64,000 nt of DNA from a virus, in the IMG/VR virus record IMGVR_UViG_3300025508_000006, positions 1-64,000 of that record. One strand, written 5' to 3'. The position numbers and the translations under genes were made by a program. The notes under the pieces were generated by a model. That model was not told the origin of the DNA. It ran no database searches and saw only the letters and a program-made list of their open reading frames with translations. Of the stretch, positions 56,501-64,000 are shown in pieces (the stretch's first letter is position 1; each line of letters opens with the position of its first letter).

Positions 56501-58921
56501 GCGAAAGCATTTGCTTTAAGAACATTACATAATAAATATGGACTATCACAATCCGCCACTATCAAACGTATTATCTCTGGTAATACTCTACGTAACGTAG
56601 TAGGTGACAGAACTATTGATGTTGCATTTGTACCATGGATTAGATCACGTAAGATTTACTTCAAGGCACAAGGACTAACGCCCAACACTAAGTTTACACC
56701 ATTCTTTGATGGTACTGATGTTTCAGTTTGGTGTCGCGAAGAATCATCGTTTGTTCAGTGGTCTGATAGAACAGATGAGATTGGTAACAAGTTTACTCAC
56801 TCAGCGATAGTCGGTCATCCAGACGGCACAAGCGATCTGATTGCTGATGCTAACGGCGAAGTTATTGGATCATTCTTCATTCCTAATATCAGTCCTAAGT
56901 TAGAAGTTGCTCACACTAAGTATCGCGGACGATACAACAAATATTATCTACGATTCAGATCAGGCGCACGAGAGTTCAAACTTCTCGATATTAATGTCAA
57001 TGATTGGGCAAGTGCAAACAGTAAAGCATTCACTCACTATACTGTTAAAGGTCTGTTGCCTTGGACTTGGTACAATCCTTTAACTTATACACGTGGTCAT
57101 CGTTATCTTTATCCTTACAACTATCGACATAAGTTGTATTCAGCAAAAGAAATGAAAAAGGTTCTTGATAGTATACCAGCGAGTCAGGTGAATATTATTG
57201 ATCCAAGATTATCTGGACTATATGGTCCTGACGGTGTATCTCTGAATGCGGCAGCACTACAGACGCTTGCTAATAATCAAGATATGTCTAAGGTTCTGTC
57301 TGACTACATTAACGTGAATCAGGCACAGTTCGCTTCTATTCTTGGTGTAAGAGCAATTCCTACTCCTATGAATCCATTGGCACAGTCCTTTAAAGTCAAC
57401 AACGAGTTTGGCGTAACACTAACTAAAATCGAGTTGTTCTTTAAGTCGAAACCAACTAATGTATCTCTGCCTGTTTCTGTACATGTTCGTCCTGTAGAGA
57501 ATGGTAAACCTTCGATGAGTAGCATAGTACCAGACTCGCATGTTTATGTCAATAGTGCAAATGTTATTGTTTCTAGCACAGGTGCTCAGTTAGCAACTAT
57601 TCAAGGTAATGGAACGTCATTCGTATTCGACGAACCTATTTACTTGGCACCAGGACAAGACTATGCTATTGTAGTTACTTCACAGTCAACTGAATATGAA
57701 TTGTTCAGTGCTAGAACTAGAGAGTCGGTTATCAACTCAACTGGTAGATACAACACTACACAAACTCCGGGTTATCTCTTCTTACCACAAAATGGTAAGA
57801 ACTGGGAGAAATCACAGAACGAAGACTTAATGTTTAAAGTTACTCGTGCAGTGTTCGGTTCAGGCGGCGGTGCTAACGGTAGTGTGATATTGAAAAATGC
57901 TTCTGTTCCTGCTAAACTTCTTGAAGAGAATCCGATTCAAACTACGTTCAGCGACGAAAAGATTTATGTACGTCACATCAATCACGGTTTACGTCCAGGT
58001 GATGGTTGTAATGTTGATAGTGCTACAGAAACGGGTGGTTTCTCTGCCGCACAGTTGAGCGGTTCGCATCAAGTTATTGATGTTGATATGTACGGTTACA
58101 GATTTGAAATTGATCCTTCTAATCCTGTTGTTGCTACATCAACAGCAACTGGTGGTGGTGAGAGAGTATTGTCACAAGGAAATATAAACTTCTCAGTAGT
58201 TAATCCAATTATCGAGTCGATTATTCCTAACTCTACTTCGATTGATGTATCAGGTAAGTTTACTTCTGGGCGATCAATCTCTGGTTCAGAAACTCGATTT
58301 ACACAGGACGCTAATTTTAACAGAATTACTCCTAAGACTAATACTGATCTTGCCTCAACGTTCACTCTGTATAACGACTTCGAAGTTGATTCATCTACCA
58401 TGAGCGGAATCAATTCTTCTACTTTGTTTAAAGTTGACATGAAGAGTGCTAATGATTATGTTTCACCAATCATTGACTTACAAAGATCATCTTTGGTCAC
58501 AGTAAACAATCTAGTTGATGATCCATCGGTTACTCCTCACATCTATAGTGTTGGAGCAACGGCAGCATCAGGAGCGTCTTCAAGTACTGCTCACATTATG
58601 AAACCAGTTGTTCTTGATCAACCTGCTATCGGTATTGAGATTACAGCGGAGTTAGCGATACACTATACAAGTAATGTTAAAGTATACTATAGAGTAGGCG
58701 CCGCAGATGAGAATCTTAATGATCTTGTATGGATACTTCAACCAGAATTTAGCACTATCGTTAAAGATGCACAAATGCGTAAAGTTAAGTTTCTTGCTGG
58801 TGGTCAGGGCGGTACACTGAAACCATTTAATCAAGCACAGACTAAGTTGATTATTGAAGGAACTGATCCTGCAAATACAGCAAAAATAGGTGATATAGTT
58901 GTTAAGTGGTTAGCAAGTTAA
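53543..58921 (+). CDS. large virion structural protein (DUF4815/VrlC-like)
   Basis: Y.DD, ILF..GR.LQ.RELTQ.Q, PGADR, RT.EESGDY.V.PF, G.AYV.GY, PLAQSF, EDL.F...RA.F, SPIID. Confidence 0.82.
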   Translation: MANIFTSNTLSGSYADDYNANDNYHQILFNSGRALQSRELTQMQTLIYEEMGRMGSNIFKDGAVVNGGGVSMNNAYHFVKIASTNQGGEFGAIPNGTIIKNPNTNVSAQVIQAIPANGTQLFDTLFVEYINSGNALATNSPTTFGDNETLVEQFATSSAYELVTETPDATGYGAKFTVAEGDFFILGRFVHTEEQSIILSSYTGDNINAEVGFKVIQQVVTVTDTDSLYDNASGIVNTASPGADRLRIRLELTTRDLIGVNDTFVFLAEVENSAISEQLQSIDAYSKIEELLALRTKEESGDYVVEPFIVNVSENDNGIDANLELNVSEGTAYVNGYRAENQSPITLSLPRPTETETVENDVIGVNYGNYFVCTANRGLPNLDLARVDLWSATGYGGGGTDYGTCRIRAVEPFGTKFKVYVFDMRVFTTEDLGNVKSIGSSTTDYFDIDLQGGKAVLHETTNNNTALFAAAYPRIESLADIVLSKQVRQQKTASTNAVTLDQLPVGSSYVDSSLWIVSLSSAVIEAPSTYTVAITNGGRDATITSLASASGTYEILAYVQKTATVRPKTLTTATATINSTTDSAGRTLFDIGVPDIYSIDSVRQSNSVGFDLSSAVVLDDGQRDNYYADGSLLLKEGHADPSAIYISYKHFARGSGDFYAPSSYNVPYKDIPLHTSVTGDTIDLRDVVDFRGDRNGFEGTFSNVNALPRVGTNITADIDYYLPRADKVIITPEGEVQVLMGQQAREPQFKETPMHSMELYKIILNGNTISENDLTVLPTAQQRGYTMKDIGDIDRKLDALEESTSLSIAELEARLDNVLDSAGVIRIISGMQVDEHGDQGNSEVESPDYKAAIDPENRLVRPSFEEGNMRLIFDSAASSGVVKKGDNVYLAHTEASWVNQSIASRSVKINPFGLIDNVGTMKLSPSTDEWKESIQNAAKSLAGSGRLFGNQAFLWNNWMWNWQGRTAKENAEISKLAGVVRTGSGRAKAFALRTLHNKYGLSQSATIKRIISGNTLRNVVGDRTIDVAFVPWIRSRKIYFKAQGLTPNTKFTPFFDGTDVSVWCREESSFVQWSDRTDEIGNKFTHSAIVGHPDGTSDLIADANGEVIGSFFIPNISPKLEVAHTKYRGRYNKYYLRFRSGAREFKLLDINVNDWASANSKAFTHYTVKGLLPWTWYNPLTYTRGHRYLYPYNYRHKLYSAKEMKKVLDSIPASQVNIIDPRLSGLYGPDGVSLNAAALQTLANNQDMSKVLSDYINVNQAQFASILGVRAIPTPMNPLAQSFKVNNEFGVTLTKIELFFKSKPTNVSLPVSVHVRPVENGKPSMSSIVPDSHVYVNSANVIVSSTGAQLATIQGNGTSFVFDEPIYLAPGQDYAIVVTSQSTEYELFSARTRESVINSTGRYNTTQTPGYLFLPQNGKNWEKSQNEDLMFKVTRAVFGSGGGANGSVILKNASVPAKLLEENPIQTTFSDEKIYVRHINHGLRPGDGCNVDSATETGGFSAAQLSGSHQVIDVDMYGYRFEIDPSNPVVATSTATGGGERVLSQGNINFSVVNPIIESIIPNSTSIDVSGKFTSGRSISGSETRFTQDANFNRITPKTNTDLASTFTLYNDFEVDSSTMSGINSSTLFKVDMKSANDYVSPIIDLQRSSLVTVNNLVDDPSVTPHIYSVGATAASGASSSTAHIMKPVVLDQPAIGIEITAELAIHYTSNVKVYYRVGAADENLNDLVWILQPEFSTIVKDAQMRKVKFLAGGQGGTLKPFNQAQTKLIIEGTDPANTAKIGDIVVKWLAS

Positions 58922-58922
58922 A

Positions 58923-59153
58923 ATGTCGCGCTACGTTAAAGTAGATGGTGTTCCTGGGTTAGTTCGAGATATGGAGTCTAATGCGTTAATAAACGTAAAT
59001 TCTCATGAGATCGAACTTGCCCAGAAACAAAAGAGAATAAGAGAGAAGTCTAAAATAAATCGTCAAAACTTAGAGGATACAGTAGAAGTACTTCAGAAAG
59101 ATATGTGTGAAATAAAGGAAGCATTAGCAATATTGCTTTCCAGAAGCATATAA
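58923..59153 (+). CDS. small coiled-coil hypothetical protein
   Basis: KV.G..GLVRD..SNA.IN...EIK..L..L. Confidence 0.78.
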   Translation: MSRYVKVDGVPGLVRDMESNALINVNSHEIELAQKQKRIREKSKINRQNLEDTVEVLQKDMCEIKEALAILLSRSI

Positions 59154-59156
59154 ATA
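59149..59156 (+). promoter_or_regulatory. T4-type late promoter
   Basis: TATAAATA upstream of ATG 59189. Confidence 0.8.
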
Positions 59157-59188
59157 AATGAAACAACTGACTCTAAGATGATAGATTT

Positions 59189-62100
59189 ATGTCCTTACCG
59201 CTAAAACATCTCGGCACTGGTGCTCTTCAAGAACTCGCTACGCTTGATATTGATTATCTTGCGTATCAAGCGGGTATTCATCTTGGTAAAATGAGTAACG
59301 AAGATGTCTCTGCTATCTCCACAAATGGTAGCGGAGCAACAGTTGTCGGATCTTTTACAGATACTCTGTATGAGACAACAGTCGGTTCTACTCCAGGAAC
59401 AACTTACACCGTAAACTTTACTGTTGAACATCGTTCTAATCCTGGAACTGGTACACATACTGCAATATTCACAGCACAGAATGAAATGCCATCTCCTTTA
59501 TATGTCGGAGATACAGTTTATGTTATCGTGAACGGTGATGCTATAACTGGATTCGAAGAGATCGGACACGAACTTGCTGTATCTGGTGATGCACTATTTG
59601 TTACCGAAGGTGTTAACACAACACCTACAGCAAATTCAGTTGATGGAACAAGAGTCGAGTGGGAAGACTTTCAGAATGTCGCAGGTCTCTCGGGATCATA
59701 TCAGTCTGCCTTTGAAATTAAAGTGACTCAAGTAGGTCTCTTAAACTTTACTTTAACTGCTAACTCTACTGACGTAGATAACACAATCAAACAAACTGCT
59801 AATACTAGTATTATATTTCCTACTGTTGAAGTTGAAGAGACTTTACCACCGGAGTCTATAGGCGTACAGACTGATCTTTATCAAAAGACTACTGCTTCAC
59901 AACCTATTAATACGACCAGTGCTTTAAAGAAAAATCCAATATACTGGAACAGAGCATTAACGCCTAATGGTGTTAAGGAGATGAATGACGCAGAACTTGA
60001 CGCATTTTGCGAAGAGTTAGTCATACGTATTATGCGGGACGAGTTGCCTGGTACTTATCGTCTATCCTCTAACAGTCCTGGTGCTAATTGGGTTCAGTTT
60101 ATTCCTAGCGTATTCGAAGATACTCGTGCTGACGGAACTACAGTACCGTATTCAATATGGATAAGACAAGCGGGTATTAAACCTACTGTAATCAGACCAG
60201 TTTATGTTGCACGTAATGTAGAGAATGGTTGGGCAGGACTAAAAGAACATACAGATGCCGAAGTAGAATTTACTTTCGGCGAACGCGTAAAGAAAGCAAT
60301 TGAAACTACAGGAATTGGTAAGTATCAGTTGCGCTCTTCAACACAAGGTGCACCCACTGATGCAGGTACATGGGTTGCACGTGGTAGTGCAATAGATACA
60401 AGACTTGAATACTTCTATGATACTGGTTATCAGGCACTAGAAACCTACACGTCACAATATACAGAAGATTATCTTGGTGAGTATGAAGCAACTTATGCGG
60501 GTAACTATGAACCCACTTACACAGGCGAGTTCACAGGCGATTACCTAGGCACTTACGATGGTGACTTCATTGGCAACTACACTCCAACATATGACGGTGA
60601 TTATCTAGGCGATTACTCGCAGAACTATCTTGGTGACTACAACACAGAATATACTCAGAACTATCTAGGTGACTATGTAAATCAATACACACCTACATAT
60701 GATGGTGCCGATTACATTAGTGATTATGAAAATACATATGATGCTGATGCTGTCATTGAGCAATATGCCAGCGACTACGAATCTGTCGATTACGTTGGCA
60801 ACTATATTTCTGATTATAACACAGACTATATTTCCGATTATACCAATACATATCTTTCAGACTATTCTGGTACAGAGTATGTCGGCAATTATATTTCTGA
60901 TTATCTAGGTGGATTCCAGACCGATTATCTCGGAAACTATATTTCAAATTATATTGATGATGTTTATGTAGGCAACTACATCACTGATTACACCAGCGAT
61001 TATATTAGTAACTATCTTGGATCTTATGATGGTGATTATCTAGGTGATTATGGCGCAAGTTATGAAGGTGCTTATGATAACTCATACGAAGGAGACTTCC
61101 AAGCAACTTATGCTGGTGACTTCACTGCTGATTATCTCGGAACATATCTGACAGATTACGATTCGCAATACGAAGGGCAGTTCTCTGAAAACTACGATGG
61201 TGATTACATCAGCGACTATCTCGGAACATATTCTAGTGGATATGAGTCTGAATATGAGACAGGTTATATAACCCAATACGAAGGCGCGTATGATGAATCA
61301 GAATATGTGGGCAACTTTGTTGCTAGTTATGATAACTCATACGAAGGAGACTTCCAAGCAACTTACGCTGGTGATTACATCAGCGACTATCTCGGAACAT
61401 ACCTAAATGATTATGATTCACAATATGAAGGTCAATTCGCAGATAACTACGCCGGCGATTACATCAGCGACTACCTTGGAACATACGCTAGTGGATATGA
61501 GTCTGATTACTCCACTGACTACCTTACACAATACGAAGGTGCGTATGATGAATCAGTATATGTGGGCAACTTTGTTGCTAGTTATGATAACTCATACGAG
61601 GGTGACTTTCAAGCAACTTATGCTGGTGACTTCACTGCTGATTATCTTGGAACATACCTAAATGATTATGATTCACAATATGAGGGTCAGTTCGCAGATA
61701 ACTACGATGGTGATTACATCAGCGACTATCTCGGAACGTACACTAGCGGATATGTGTCTGATTACTCTACTGACTATCTTACACAATACGAAGGTGCGTA
61801 TGATGAAGCGAATTATCTAGGAAACTTTGTTGCTGATTATGTGTCTGACTTCGAAGGTGCTTACACCAATTTGTATGCTGGTGATTATATCAGCGACTAT
61901 CTTGGAACATATGCTGGTGAATATGAAAGTGCTTATGCTACAAACTTCGATGGTATTTACGTTGGTGGATTCGATACAGATTATACAGCAACTTTTGATG
62001 GAGAATACGAGAACACCTATATCGGCAACTATGTTTCAGACTATCTTAATGAGTTTGAAACCACATACACAGGCGACTATGGTGGTGAATACACCTCTAC

Positions 62101-64000
62101 TTACGCCGGTAATTATAGTGGCAACTATATTTCAGATTATACGAATGAGTTTGAAACCACATACATCGGTGACTATGGCGGTGAATATGTTTCTACTTAC
62201 GCTGGTAATTATAGTGGCAACTATGTTTCAGACTATCTTAATGAGTTTGAAACCACATACGCAGGTGATTATGGTGGACAATATACTTCTACTTACGCTG
62301 GTAATTATAGTGGCAACTATGTTTCTGACTATCTTAATGAGTTTGAAACACCATACGTAGGAAATTATAGCGGTGAATATGTTTCTACTTACGCTGGTAA
62401 CTACCAAACACAATACGCCAATGACTATACTAATGAGTTTGAAACAACTTATACTGGTGATTATCTAGGTAACTATGAAACTGATTATGCAGGCAATTAT
62501 ATTACTCAATACTCTGCCGAATATCAAGTACCTTACACTGGTGTTTACACAGGCGATTACATCTCTGACTATATTGGTGATTACATCTCACCTTATGATG
62601 GCGCTCTGTACACTTCAGATTATATCTCTACTTACGAAAGTGCATATGGTGGTCAATTTGAATCATCATACACTGGAGTATTTGACGGAACAACATACTC
62701 AGGAAACTATGCTAGTCAATACGTAGGCAACTACATTGGCCTATACAACAAGAACTACGCGACAGCATATGAAGGCACTGATTACATATCCACATACGAA
62801 GAAACTTACACTGGAGATTATTCTGGACAATATTCTTCTGCTTATGTAAGCGTTTATGATGCTCAAGCATATGCTACAGCATACGAAGAGAATTATATTG
62901 GAGATTATTCTGGTACATTCGGTGCTACGTTCTTAGGAACTTATGATAGTTCAAACTATACTTCAACATACGTAGAGACTTATGTTGGTGATTATCTTGG
63001 TAATTATGCTTCTGCTTATGTAAGCGTTTATGATGCTCAAGCATATACTGCATCGTTTGACACAACCTATTCTGGTGAGTACTCGGGCGTATTTAACGCA
63101 TCTTTTGCAGGCGAATATGATAGTACACAATATACTTCATCATTTGAAACTACATATGTTGGTGATTATATTGGTCAATTTAGTCAGAACTTTGCTGCCA
63201 GTTTCGACGGAATACCTTATGTAGGATCATTCGAGACAAACTATGTCGGCAACTATCTCGGACTGTTCACAGGTCAGTTCTCAGCATCATTTGCGGGTTC
63301 TGATTACATCTCAATATTTACTGCTCAGTATACTTCGCAATATACTGGACAGTTTAGTGCTACTTTCAATGCTTCTTATGATGCTACAACATATGTAGGA
63401 GATTATGTATCTGGATACGCAACAGCATATAGCGGTGCGTTTGGTGCAACCTTTATTGGCGAATATGATAGACAAGCATATGATACACAGTTTTCAGCAA
63501 CTTATACCGGAAACTATATTGGTCTATTCTCTGCTACATTCTTAGGAACGTATGATAGAACAGGTTATGCTTCTAATTTTACTGCTGACTATACAGGTAA
63601 TTATACTGGTGCCTTCGGTGCTACATTCTTAGGAACGTATGATCGTCTGCAATACACAAATGAATTTGAAAGTGCATATCTCGGCAACTATATCGGACTG
63701 TTCACACAAACGTATATTGGTTCTTATCAAAGAATCAACTATCTTACACAGTACGAAGGCATATACACAGGTGATTATAGTGGTGCCTTCAGTGCTACAT
63801 TCTTAGGAACGTATGATCGTGCTGCCTATGCACGAGAGTATGACAGAGTTTATACAGGTAATTATACTGGCCAGTTCACAGCAAACTATGCCGCGACATA
63901 TGATCGAATTGACTACACTTCTCAATACACGGGCGGTTATACTGGCGGTCCCGCTGAAACTTTCGGTGCTACATTCTTAGGAACGTATGATCGTGCTGGA
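59189..64000 (+). CDS. giant virion-type protein with Tyr/Phe every fourth residue (at least 1604 aa, runs off window; absent from ORF track)
   Basis: ATG 59189 MSLPLKHLGTG...; same frame reads FGATFLGTYDRAG at the window end; repeat region from about 60410. Confidence 0.88.
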   Translation, partial: MSLPLKHLGTGALQELATLDIDYLAYQAGIHLGKMSNEDVSAISTNGSGATVVGSFTDTLYETTVGSTPGTTYTVNFTVEHRSNPGTGTHTAIFTAQNEMPSPLYVGDTVYVIVNGDAITGFEEIGHELAVSGDALFVTEGVNTTPTANSVDGTRVEWEDFQNVAGLSGSYQSAFEIKVTQVGLLNFTLTANSTDVDNTIKQTANTSIIFPTVEVEETLPPESIGVQTDLYQKTTASQPINTTSALKKNPIYWNRALTPNGVKEMNDAELDAFCEELVIRIMRDELPGTYRLSSNSPGANWVQFIPSVFEDTRADGTTVPYSIWIRQAGIKPTVIRPVYVARNVENGWAGLKEHTDAEVEFTFGERVKKAIETTGIGKYQLRSSTQGAPTDAGTWVARGSAIDTRLEYFYDTGYQALETYTSQYTEDYLGEYEATYAGNYEPTYTGEFTGDYLGTYDGDFIGNYTPTYDGDYLGDYSQNYLGDYNTEYTQNYLGDYVNQYTPTYDGADYISDYENTYDADAVIEQYASDYESVDYVGNYISDYNTDYISDYTNTYLSDYSGTEYVGNYISDYLGGFQTDYLGNYISNYIDDVYVGNYITDYTSDYISNYLGSYDGDYLGDYGASYEGAYDNSYEGDFQATYAGDFTADYLGTYLTDYDSQYEGQFSENYDGDYISDYLGTYSSGYESEYETGYITQYEGAYDESEYVGNFVASYDNSYEGDFQATYAGDYISDYLGTYLNDYDSQYEGQFADNYAGDYISDYLGTYASGYESDYSTDYLTQYEGAYDESVYVGNFVASYDNSYEGDFQATYAGDFTADYLGTYLNDYDSQYEGQFADNYDGDYISDYLGTYTSGYVSDYSTDYLTQYEGAYDEANYLGNFVADYVSDFEGAYTNLYAGDYISDYLGTYAGEYESAYATNFDGIYVGGFDTDYTATFDGEYENTYIGNYVSDYLNEFETTYTGDYGGEYTSTYAGNYSGNYISDYTNEFETTYIGDYGGEYVSTYAGNYSGNYVSDYLNEFETTYAGDYGGQYTSTYAGNYSGNYVSDYLNEFETPYVGNYSGEYVSTYAGNYQTQYANDYTNEFETTYTGDYLGNYETDYAGNYITQYSAEYQVPYTGVYTGDYISDYIGDYISPYDGALYTSDYISTYESAYGGQFESSYTGVFDGTTYSGNYASQYVGNYIGLYNKNYATAYEGTDYISTYEETYTGDYSGQYSSAYVSVYDAQAYATAYEENYIGDYSGTFGATFLGTYDSSNYTSTYVETYVGDYLGNYASAYVSVYDAQAYTASFDTTYSGEYSGVFNASFAGEYDSTQYTSSFETTYVGDYIGQFSQNFAASFDGIPYVGSFETNYVGNYLGLFTGQFSASFAGSDYISIFTAQYTSQYTGQFSATFNASYDATTYVGDYVSGYATAYSGAFGATFIGEYDRQAYDTQFSATYTGNYIGLFSATFLGTYDRTGYASNFTADYTGNYTGAFGATFLGTYDRLQYTNEFESAYLGNYIGLFTQTYIGSYQRINYLTQYEGIYTGDYSGAFSATFLGTYDRAAYAREYDRVYTGNYTGQFTANYAATYDRIDYTSQYTGGYTGGPAETFGATFLGTYDRAG
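60410..64000 (+). repeat. nested coding repeats: 12-nt period with 255-, 96- and 87-nt higher-order units
   Basis: gataactcatacga at 61076/61331/61586; gagtttgaaac at 62051/62147/62243/62339/62435; gctacattcttaggaacgtatgat at 63533/63620/63794/63968. Confidence 0.9.

Noticed and set aside
60699-63224. Hydrophobic ORFs (MLLIM..., MIMIH...) listed in the ORF track
   Set aside because: Alternate-frame artefacts of the TAT/GAT/ACT-rich repeat; the real frame starts at 59189.
60410-64000. CRISPR array or DGR template/variable repeats
   Set aside because: Repeat units are multiples of 3, differ largely at synonymous sites and have no unique spacers; no reverse transcriptase or cas genes are present.
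1-64000. tRNA/rRNA genes and stop-codon reassignment
   Set aside because: No cloverleaf was seen in the short intergenic gaps; TAA, TAG and TGA all terminate intact conserved genes.

Overview
64 kb of a T4-like myophage genome, probably marine and infecting a non-photosynthetic proteobacterium. The host call is inference from sigma70-type early promoters, TATAAATA late promoters, a hemO-pcyX-like pair and the absence of photosynthesis genes here. Layout: (1) 0.2-9 kb, putative capsid-internal proteins, many starting with a T4 internal-protein-like targeting peptide; (2) 9-19 kb, nrdA (with a fused glutaredoxin), nrdB, two carbamoyltransferases, GIY-YIG nuclease, P-loop kinase, phoH and lysozyme; (3) 19.4-29.6 kb, a glycan-modification island; (4) 29.6-37 kb, exonuclease, TAGT-like glycosyltransferase, heme oxygenase plus bilin reductase, thyX, denV-like glycosylase, gp33 and gp32; (5) 37-64 kb, tail and baseplate genes ending in a giant, truncated Tyr-periodic repeat ORF that the ORF track missed. 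The best candidate for an undescribed system is a set of capsid-targeted, prohead-protease-processed cargo proteins: a ligase-fold nucleotidyltransferase, a HIGH nucleotidyltransferase, a kinase and modular 'polyproteins'. Other notable signals are an overprinted Lys/Ser-rich gene, strong RGCY avoidance, an ATT-initiated gene, a -1 frameshift at gp26 and the Y-x-x-x repeat protein. All functional calls come from motif recognition by eye; no database search was run.
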